A DNA stretch of 16,842 bases. It comes from Candidatus Thorarchaeota archaeon. GTDB taxonomy: Archaea > Asgardarchaeota > Thorarchaeia > Thorarchaeales > Thorarchaeaceae. The translations under genes and the position numbers were made by a program. Where the stretch lies: contig JAEORO010000071.1 of the NCBI GenBank assembly GCA_016840855.1, positions 1 through 16,842 on the forward strand, in the 5' to 3' direction. Shown piece after piece: positions 7,446 through 14,582 of the stretch. The notes under the pieces are model-generated. The model was not told the DNA's origin. It did not search any database and saw only the letters and a list, made by a program, of their open reading frames with translations. Positions within the stretch are counted from its first letter, which is position 1; each line of letters begins with the position of its first letter.

Positions 7446-7802
7446 ATGGTGGACAAGTTTCATCAAGTGAAAGCAATTCCTGAGGAATTGAAGTATGCTG
7501 AAGTTCCAAAACCTCTTCTAAAAAACTTCATCATTGGAAGATCGATTAGGTGTGCAGTCTATATTGCACTTTCTGGTTTGCTGATTATGCCACTCACTGT
7601 CCTTCCAGGACTTATACTATTAGTACTTCCAGCAGAAGTATCACTAGTTTCTAGAATCCGAGATGAAACAGAACTCATTCAATGGGTGAGGAACAATATG
7701 ATAATTCAGCCAAGCAATTGGGATGATGTTGAGTCGGAGTCTGAGTTGGCTCGTCTGAGAGCTCACGACAGACCAGGTGCTCTGCAAGGCTATATACGTT
7801 AA
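7446..7802 (+). CDS. Small membrane protein of unknown function (paralog 1)
   Basis: Central hydrophobic segment broken by 'PG', amphipathic C-terminus; aligns without gaps to 7962..8315. Confidence 0.85.
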   Translation: MVDKFHQVKAIPEELKYAEVPKPLLKNFIIGRSIRCAVYIALSGLLIMPLTVLPGLILLVLPAEVSLVSRIRDETELIQWVRNNMIIQPSNWDDVESESELARLRAHDRPGALQGYIR

Positions 7803-7873
7803 TTCAATTTCTCACTAGCACGATTGTGTCATCTCGTGCCGTTTTTGCCTAACGTTTGGCGCTGACCAAACTA

Positions 7874-7948
7874 TTTATATAGATTTGGAACTCTAGAACG
7901 TACGTAGGAAACGGAACGTTCCGGAATAACGGAACGATTTCGAATTCG
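7874..7948 (+). promoter_or_regulatory. TATA box plus GGAAC/palindrome operator array
   Basis: TTTATATA 7874-7881; perfect palindrome CGGAACGTTCCG 7912-7923; direct repeat AACGGAACG at 7910 and 7928. Confidence 0.65.
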
Positions 7949-7961
7949 CGTGGTGCTACCG

Positions 7962-8315
7962 ATGTATAATGCACGAATCAAGGTAAACAAAAAACACAAA
8001 GTCGCGCCTTTTGAGAACCTTGGTTTCTCTCTTGAGCGATTGATTGTAAGTCGAACAATTAGGGTTCTTGCTGCAGTTGCAGTGATTACAGGGCTAGTGT
8101 ATCTAGTCGCACTTATTCCAGGCATGATTGTTGTTGCCATTCCTGGTGAGGTTGCCGCTGCAAGTAAGATCTATGATGAAGCACGTCTGATACAGTACCT
8201 GAGATATGGTGATCCTGTCAGTCCAGGAACTTGGGAGCTGGCAGAGCTTTCAGCTGAAATGGCTCGGATAAAAGCGTTAGACAACCACTATGTTTCTCAT
8301 CAGTTCTCTAGGTGA
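7962..8315 (+). CDS. Small membrane protein of unknown function (paralog 2), 117 aa
   Basis: ATG 7962 preferred over GTG 7950 because GCGTGGTG (7948-7955), identical to the sequence before paralog 1 (7433-7440), serves as SD. Confidence 0.85.
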   Translation: MYNARIKVNKKHKVAPFENLGFSLERLIVSRTIRVLAAVAVITGLVYLVALIPGMIVVAIPGEVAAASKIYDEARLIQYLRYGDPVSPGTWELAELSAEMARIKALDNHYVSHQFSR

Positions 8316-8364
8316 GCAGATCTAATGGTATTTTTTTCCATCTCGACACATATCTATCTCCTTA

Positions 8365-8392
8365 GTGACCCCATCAGTGTTGGTGGGGTCAC
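8365..8392 (+). promoter_or_regulatory. 12-bp GC-rich stem-loop upstream of the four-gene operon
   Basis: GTGACCCCATCA-GTGT-TGGTGGGGTCAC (one G-U on + strand). Lies after the T tract at ~8331-8337, not before it. Confidence 0.55.
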
Positions 8393-8424
8393 ACCACTCT
8401 TTCCAAATCTACTGAGGTATAGCA

Positions 8425-9378
8425 ATGAGTTGGCCAAGTAACTATCCTGACACACCAGATAATGATACGAAATTTAAGGAATCCAAAATTGCTGCGCCAT
8501 CACCAACTGGACTATTAAAGGATTTCAAAGTAGGTTTTACTCTCGCGATAAAGAACATTCTTTCATATGGACTAGCTATGCTAGGAATACTCCTAGTTAC
8601 ATTGCTCCTCATAGTCACAATCCTTCTGTTCATTGTGATCCCAATCCTTATCACAATGGGTCTTCCGTTCTTGATATGGCTTGTACAAGCCATAGTAGAA
8701 GGATTCTCTGTCACCACTGGTCTCACTCTTGTCCTCTTGATTATGTTTTTAGTACTGCCCCTCCTTGGGCCATTTTTCATGGCACTTGGTGCCTTATTTG
8801 GTATGTCAAGGGAGCTTGTGGAGAGTGATGGCACTCAAGCCGAGAGTGCTTTTGCATGGTATGGCAAGAGAGGTTTCTCATTGCTTGGTGGAGGTATGAT
8901 TCATTTTCTAATTACACTTACTCCACTAATCTTGGCGTTTCTATCAATCTCCTATCCAACATGGAACCCACCAACAAATGATGAATTGAATGTCTTAATT
9001 CCACTCATTGTGATTTGGATTATTCTGATAAACGGGATGTTATCATTGACATTTCCAGGAATTATTGATGGACTTTCAGCAGTCAGAGCTGCGGCTAGGT
9101 CTGTTAGACTGACATGCCAGTTTCCGGGACGCGTACTTGGTGCATGGTTCATAATTGTTGGGATGATTGTTTTGCCAATCTTACCAATAATTAATGATTT
9201 GGCATTTCTTTGGACGCCAATTATAATTCTAGAATTCTTAGAGCAATATAGTGTACTTGTCCTCATCGTCACACTCTTCCTCGTGATTCCAGCTGTATCG
9301 ATTGTCCTAACGAGAATCTACATGATTCTGACAGCCAAAATTGATGCAACATACACACATCATGGTGGAGGTGAGTGA
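8425..9378 (+). CDS. Multi-pass integral membrane protein of unknown function
   Basis: ~7 hydrophobic segments; 'FPGIIDGLSAVRAAARSVRL' is typical of DUF975/GPDPase-membrane-like helical bundles (recognition only). GAGGT SD. Confidence 0.8.
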   Translation: MSWPSNYPDTPDNDTKFKESKIAAPSPTGLLKDFKVGFTLAIKNILSYGLAMLGILLVTLLLIVTILLFIVIPILITMGLPFLIWLVQAIVEGFSVTTGLTLVLLIMFLVLPLLGPFFMALGALFGMSRELVESDGTQAESAFAWYGKRGFSLLGGGMIHFLITLTPLILAFLSISYPTWNPPTNDELNVLIPLIVIWIILINGMLSLTFPGIIDGLSAVRAAARSVRLTCQFPGRVLGAWFIIVGMIVLPILPIINDLAFLWTPIIILEFLEQYSVLVLIVTLFLVIPAVSIVLTRIYMILTAKIDATYTHHGGGE

Positions 9379-10028
9379 AGTTGAACCCAAAGCTCTCAGT
9401 TAAACCAATCAAAGAATTCGAGATAATCACAAATCCCAAGATTATCAAACTCTTACTAGATGGGACTAGGAAGGAGATTGTTTTCAAGTATCTTGTAAAT
9501 GAGCCAATGACTGTAAAGCAGCTATCAGATGCCATGAACAGAAAACCAGGTACTGTTCTCCATCATGTACAGAAGCTAAAGAACGCAGGCATAATTGAAC
9601 TTGTTGAAACTCGTGAAACTCCGCGAGGTATAGTTGAGCGATATTATAGAGCGACTGCAAAAGAGTTCCGATTAGGAATAAGTGAGAGGATGAGTACCTA
9701 TGATGAAGAACCTGTTGCTGCAAAAGATAGGGTCAGAGCTACTCTTCTTGGTCTCTCAACACTCGGAATTCATATCACAGATTCTGAATTCGAATATGCT
9801 CGAACTACTCTTCAGAAACTAGTTGGTAGAGAAGGTGAAGTTTCTAGGGTTTACGACTCTCCTAGCAATCATGCATTTCAGAGTCTTCCCCCATCGACCC
9901 GCAGTGATGTTTCTTACAGAATGTCACAATTTCTCCTGTCACAGGATGCGATATACAAGAAAACACTCTCCGAATGGCATGATTTGATCTCACGCTATCT
10001 AAGGAGGATTGAGTCGGAGTCGATGTAA
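9375..10028 (+). CDS. ArsR/HTH_20-like winged-helix transcriptional regulator
   Basis: 'TRKEIVFKYL..EPMTVKQLSDAM..KPGTVLHHVQKLKNAGIIELVET......IVERYYRA'. Start is GTG 9375 (GTGA overlap) or TTG 9381 (better spacing from GGAGGTGA 9367-9374). Confidence 0.88.
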   Translation: MKLNPKLSVKPIKEFEIITNPKIIKLLLDGTRKEIVFKYLVNEPMTVKQLSDAMNRKPGTVLHHVQKLKNAGIIELVETRETPRGIVERYYRATAKEFRLGISERMSTYDEEPVAAKDRVRATLLGLSTLGIHITDSEFEYARTTLQKLVGREGEVSRVYDSPSNHAFQSLPPSTRSDVSYRMSQFLLSQDAIYKKTLSEWHDLISRYLRRIESESM

Positions 10029-10952
10029 ATGTTTATTGAATTCGTTTTCACTATTTTCCAAGCAAATGTTGTTGCATTTGTCCTACCTATTATCACAGTT
10101 GTTCTCTTTTACCTGATAATTCCAAGGCTTAGGAATGGGTCTGGTAGTCGGCTGAGAGGTTATCTCTCATACCTGATAACTCCTCCACGAATTGGATTCG
10201 AAGGTTCTGAATACGCAGAGGATGATAAAGAACCAAAAAATGCAAAATCTTGGAGAGATGACAAAGTCAGGCTCTTTTTCTATTATATTGGAATCATCCT
10301 TTTCCTTTCTAGTTTTGTTATTGGTGAGTTCTATGAGGTCATGTTTGACCTTCTGCTACCGGTTTCGCAGGGCACAACTGGAGAAACGAGGGTTGCAATA
10401 AGCGTGATGTTCGAAAGCGCATTCAGCGCAGGGTGGATCGGTTCACTACCTTGGATGGGCGTAAACGCATATCATGAAACTTGGAGTTGGATATTCTTCA
10501 CAGCTGCCTTCACAGATAATCCAATCTTTCTTAGCACAGTCATCTATTTCCTGTCACAAGTTTCCATTGTTGTAGGAATTGTGTTCCTGTTGCCTCTTTC
10601 TATTAAGAGAATTAGGCATTCTTTCTTCCCCTCAATGTTCTTCTTTACGACAGGGATGACAATCTTTACGAAAACAAGCTTGAGCTGTTTAGCTTATGCA
10701 GTCGCACTTGCCTTTGGGAATGCTGAATTAGATTATATCACATTAACCGCGAATGGTAGTATGATTCCAGGCCTCTCGAATATTATCGCAGTTTTACTCC
10801 CGATTGTACTTGTGATGCTGACATTTTTCCTTATACTCGGTCGAAATCTATGGAGAGTATATTATTCTGATAAAAGGTCAAGTGCTTGGTTTATGGTCTA
10901 TATCATCCTGAGTTTTTGCTTAGGTTTTGCAATTACGATGCTGCTGGTGTGA
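10029..10952 (+). CDS. Multi-pass integral membrane protein of unknown function
   Basis: ~6-7 hydrophobic segments; ATG directly follows the regulator's TAA. Confidence 0.8.
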   Translation: MFIEFVFTIFQANVVAFVLPIITVVLFYLIIPRLRNGSGSRLRGYLSYLITPPRIGFEGSEYAEDDKEPKNAKSWRDDKVRLFFYYIGIILFLSSFVIGEFYEVMFDLLLPVSQGTTGETRVAISVMFESAFSAGWIGSLPWMGVNAYHETWSWIFFTAAFTDNPIFLSTVIYFLSQVSIVVGIVFLLPLSIKRIRHSFFPSMFFFTTGMTIFTKTSLSCLAYAVALAFGNAELDYITLTANGSMIPGLSNIIAVLLPIVLVMLTFFLILGRNLWRVYYSDKRSSAWFMVYIILSFCLGFAITMLLV

Positions 10953-10963
10953 GGTGAAATAAC

Positions 10964-12157
10964 ATGAAACAGACTATGTCAATCTTCTTAGTTAGCATGG
11001 TACTCCTGGTGATCACGATGGCCCCAACTCAGGTTTATTCGGATGCGCAGGTCAATACTCCGAGAAACTACTGGCCTACGAATGAATGGAGAAACTCGAC
11101 ACCAGAAGAACAAGGATTAGACTCCAACACTTTGAATAGTATTGATGATGTAATTAATGAAGATGATATCGAACTTCATTCAGTCATCATTATCAAAAAT
11201 GGATACATTGTCTATGAAAAATATTATAGCTATTGGACACAGTACATGGCACACACGATTCAATCATGTACAAAGAGCTTCATGTCTGCGCTTATTGGAA
11301 TCGCTATAGATCAAGGATACATCGATAATGTGAGTCAACCTATTCTTGATTTCTTCCCGAATTATACAATTGACAATTGGGATGAAAGAAAAGAGAATAT
11401 CACTTTGTTCCATCTTCTAACGATGTCTTCTGGCCTTGAATTTCATGAGGTTGATATTCCATACGAAGAGCCAGAAAATGATCTTTTTGCTATGTATCGG
11501 AGTGACGATATGTGGGAATATGTTTTGGATAGACCAATGGAGTATGACCCTGGAGAACATTGGTCATATAATTCTGGAGGTATTGAGCTTCTTGGAGGAG
11601 TTATTGAAAAAACTACAGGATACAGTATAGTTGATTTCGCGGAGGAGTTCTTGTTCAATCAAATAGGAATCGACTACTACTCATGGTGGCGTGTACCAGC
11701 GAGTGGTCAATATGGCTGTAGCGGAGGATTGAGCCTTAAATCGAGGGATATGGCACGCTTTGGATATCTCTACCTCAACGAAGGGAACTGGAATGGTACA
11801 CAAGTTGTTTCTTCAGCGTGGGTAAATGTTTCAACCCAGATGTATTTTGACACAGAGTCATGGTATCAATATGGCTACACCTGGTGGGGGGTTCCGGGAT
11901 ACTCTTTCTATGAGGCAACAGGTCACTATGAACAGAAGATTTTCGTCATACCTGAAGAAGACATTGTTGTTGTGTTTACAGGAAATATTCAGGATGAGGA
12001 TTGGCACCCTTCAGATTACTTTGTGATTGAATATGTAATACCAGCATCGGAAACATTAGACTATACTGATCCATTACTCATCATCAATCTGACGTTTCTC
12101 ATTGTGGTATTTCTACCAATCATTATCATAGCTGTAAAACAAACATTTAGGCATTGA
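10964..12157 (+). CDS. Membrane-anchored extracellular serine hydrolase (class C beta-lactamase/NylB-like family)
   Basis: Signal peptide, 'YWPT..W..STPEEQGLD', SxxK = SCTK, 'LLTMSSG', YNS, 'RDMARFGYLYL', 'YGYTWW', 'ATG', C-terminal TM. SD GAGGTGA. Confidence 0.92.
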   Translation: MKQTMSIFLVSMVLLVITMAPTQVYSDAQVNTPRNYWPTNEWRNSTPEEQGLDSNTLNSIDDVINEDDIELHSVIIIKNGYIVYEKYYSYWTQYMAHTIQSCTKSFMSALIGIAIDQGYIDNVSQPILDFFPNYTIDNWDERKENITLFHLLTMSSGLEFHEVDIPYEEPENDLFAMYRSDDMWEYVLDRPMEYDPGEHWSYNSGGIELLGGVIEKTTGYSIVDFAEEFLFNQIGIDYYSWWRVPASGQYGCSGGLSLKSRDMARFGYLYLNEGNWNGTQVVSSAWVNVSTQMYFDTESWYQYGYTWWGVPGYSFYEATGHYEQKIFVIPEEDIVVVFTGNIQDEDWHPSDYFVIEYVIPASETLDYTDPLLIINLTFLIVVFLPIIIIAVKQTFRH

Positions 12158-12295
12158 TTTACTCATCCTATAAAGAGATACAATCAGAGATTGTTTCCGT
12201 TTCTTGTATCATATTGAGAAAGAAGAATCCACTGCGGCCATCAACTCTGCCGAAAAAGTGGTTTCTTAAATTTCTTCAGGAATTGCATATAGTTA

Positions 12296-12331
12296 AAGAA
12301 AAATGAACAGGCTTCATTCATTGAAGCCCGT
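12296..12331 (-). terminator. Terminator-like hairpin + T tract after ssb
   Basis: Minus strand ACGGGCTTCA-ATGAA-TGAAGCCTGT followed by TCATTTTTCTT. Confidence 0.65.
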
Positions 12332-12355
12332 GTTTGTTGCTAGATTAATTGTCAA

Positions 12356-12901
12356 TTAGTACCTACGACGTCTATCACGATCGTTATAACCGCCTCTGCG
12401 ATCTCGACCACCATAGCCGCCGCCTCTACGGTTTCCGCCATAGCCGCCACCATAGTCTCGATCTCCGCCAGAGTATCCTCTACCGCCGCCGCCACCACCA
12501 CCGTAGCTGCGTCGACGTCGAAAATCTTCGTGCTCTTCCGCACTCATATCGATAGCTTCATTGACTTCTCCAATCTCTTCCTCAGCCTTGGCTAGCTCGC
12601 CGAATTTACCAATGTTAAGTCGTAGGTTTCCTCGGAACAACCCAGTATAACCGTTCTTCAGTGTATAAGTTGAACCAGCTTCAATTTCATCAATTGAGGC
12701 GTCCCACAATGGTACCTGTACGCATCCAGTTGAGTCTCCAACTGTTGCATCAGCAACGCGGTGTGTAGCACCATCATCTCGAGACGTGACCTCACGTTCT
12801 TCACCAATTGCAACCACTTTGAAAGTGATTGTAAGATTTTTCATTCGTGGCTTTAATTCAGCCACTGTAGCCTCAATAGGCTCACGTTCTTCGTAGCTCA
12901 T
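12356..12901 (-). CDS. ssb: Single-OB-fold single-stranded DNA-binding protein (crenarchaeal SSB/RPA-like) with Gly/Arg/Tyr-rich tail, 181 aa
   Basis: 'TVAELKP.MKNLTITFKV...VADATVGDSTG.V...LWD.....IEAG......NGYT..FRG.LRLNIGKFG' matches the Sulfolobus-type SSB pattern. ATG 12901 (MSYEERE) preferred over TTG 12937. Confidence 0.9.
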   Translation of the reverse strand: MSYEEREPIEATVAELKPRMKNLTITFKVVAIGEEREVTSRDDGATHRVADATVGDSTGCVQVPLWDASIDEIEAGSTYTLKNGYTGLFRGNLRLNIGKFGELAKAEEEIGEVNEAIDMSAEEHEDFRRRRSYGGGGGGGRGYSGGDRDYGGGYGGNRRGGGYGGRDRRGGYNDRDRRRRY

Positions 12902-13132
12902 TGTAAATATCTCTCGCTTATGAGAATAGCAGGTCAAACAAAATCAGGTTGTTCATCAGTGGGTATGTGTGTGTAATCGTGTCGAACCCTCACCAGACCA
13001 CGTCTTGAAGGCGCCTCATGCTTGGTAATCCTGCACTTTCTTGCTGCATATTTTCCCTTAAGAACTTGTGTACAGTGACCTTTTACAGAGCATTCCATAA
13101 GTTGAAATCATAAGTCAATATCTATTATTTTT

Positions 13133-14119
13133 ATGAGTAGAAATCAGAAATATCTCGCGGGTTCTCTCATGGCTATTGCTATCCTAGTTATTCTGATAGT
13201 TGGTCCAAGCTTGAATCCAACGCCACCTTCTACTAATCTCTCAGATTTTCCAGATTTTTTCACAAAGAACGAAGACTATTTTGTGACACGAATTGGACCA
13301 ATTCCGAATATTGACAGGGACACTTATCGACTTGAAATAAAAGGTCTAGTAGATAATCCCACGAGCTTTTCCTTAGATGAACTAAAAGCACTAAACTTGA
13401 CCGAACTACCTCTCACCATTGAATGCATTGGTAACGGAATTAATGGGAAATTAGTGGGAACTGCCTTATGGAAAGGATTCAATGTTTTAGAATTGTTAGA
13501 ATCGCTAGGACTTTCTGAGGATGCTACTGGAGTCAAATACTTGGCAGCAGATGGATATTATGCATCTCATACTTTGGATCAGCTTCGGAATAATGGTATA
13601 CTTGGGGCTTTGTATATGAACGGTGTAGAGATACCTCCAGTACAGGGATTCCCTTTGCGAATTTTAAATCCAGGATACTATGGTGTTAAACAACCAGCAT
13701 GGGTGAATATGATTGAAGTGATTGATAGACCACTTGAAGACTACTGGCAAGATCGTGGGTGGGATACTTCCCAACCAATAGCTATCGACTCAAAGATATT
13801 CTTCCCTACTGGAGTGACCTTCCTAAATAGAAGCCAGAATCTGAGGATTGGAGGATGTGCATTTGGAGGAACACGGGTAAAATTAGTAGAATATACAATA
13901 GATAATGGCTCGACATGGAATGATGCCACTATTATTCAACAAATTGATGCTGACAATGTATGGGTGTTTTGGGAAATCAATGTCAGCTTCGCAAATGCTG
14001 GGGAAATCACTTTGCGGGTCAGAGCTACTGATATCAATGATAATCAGCAAATAGCGTCAGATCCTTTCCCCCTAGATGGAACCAGTAGCTGGCCATATTT
14101 AATCATCAACGTAACGTAA
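13133..14119 (+). CDS. Sulfite oxidase family molybdopterin-dependent oxidoreductase with dimerisation domain
   Basis: 'YRLEIKGLV', Mo-ligand Cys in 'TIECIGN', 'A.WKG', 'ADGY', 'MNG..IP..QGFPLR...PGYYGVK', 'YWQDRGW', 'VEYTIDNG.TW', 'VRATD'. N-terminal hydrophobic anchor. Confidence 0.92.
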   Translation: MSRNQKYLAGSLMAIAILVILIVGPSLNPTPPSTNLSDFPDFFTKNEDYFVTRIGPIPNIDRDTYRLEIKGLVDNPTSFSLDELKALNLTELPLTIECIGNGINGKLVGTALWKGFNVLELLESLGLSEDATGVKYLAADGYYASHTLDQLRNNGILGALYMNGVEIPPVQGFPLRILNPGYYGVKQPAWVNMIEVIDRPLEDYWQDRGWDTSQPIAIDSKIFFPTGVTFLNRSQNLRIGGCAFGGTRVKLVEYTIDNGSTWNDATIIQQIDADNVWVFWEINVSFANAGEITLRVRATDINDNQQIASDPFPLDGTSSWPYLIINVT

Positions 14120-14181
14120 TATAAGAGAAGGTTTCGAGCACAAAAACTGAGATTCATTTAACTGAACTTAGGTGATGTTGA

Positions 14182-14568
14182 TTGAGGAGTATGAAGATCT
14201 ATGTTGCTGGTCCTTACACAGGGTCCACATCCGAAGAGATCGAAACGAATGTGCGAAAGGCAATGGAAGCAGGTCTTATAATCTGGAAGAAAGGGCATTT
14301 TCCATACATACCACATCTCACTCATTGGCCAGACATTCTAGCAAAAAAGCTGAATATTGAGATGGATTGGGTGGACTATATGAACTGGCATGCACCATGG
14401 GTCGATCATTGTGATGCTTTATTCCTACTAGCTGAATCCAAAGGAGCACTTCTAGAATGTAATCGTGCAAAGCAAGAGGGCAAGACCGTTTTCCATTCCC
14501 TAGATGAAATACCCACTGTAGAGAGAGCTCAAACTTGGGCTCATAAATGGGTGAATAACGATTCTTGA
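14182..14568 (+). CDS. DUF4406/DUF1937-like protein, nucleoside 2-deoxyribosyltransferase-like fold
   Basis: 'KIYVAGPYT', 'GH.PYIPH', 'CDALFLL..SKGA..E...A...GK.VF'. Start TTG 14182 (GGTGA SD) or ATG 14191. Confidence 0.8.
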   Translation: MRSMKIYVAGPYTGSTSEEIETNVRKAMEAGLIIWKKGHFPYIPHLTHWPDILAKKLNIEMDWVDYMNWHAPWVDHCDALFLLAESKGALLECNRAKQEGKTVFHSLDEIPTVERAQTWAHKWVNNDS

Positions 14569-14582
14569 AAGTTCATGAGTCA

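Noticed and set aside
7907-7922. NrpR operator (GGAA-N6-TTCC)
   Set aside because: Spacers here are N2 and N8, not N6.
7887-7948. Mini-CRISPR or tRNA interpretation of the repeats
   Set aside because: Units are 9 bp or shorter with no spacer structure, and there is no cloverleaf.
10964-12157. Antibiotic-resistance (ampC) call
   Set aside because: YNS and ATG motifs plus the TPEEQG N-terminus fit the broader esterase/NylB-like group; fold alone does not show beta-lactamase activity.
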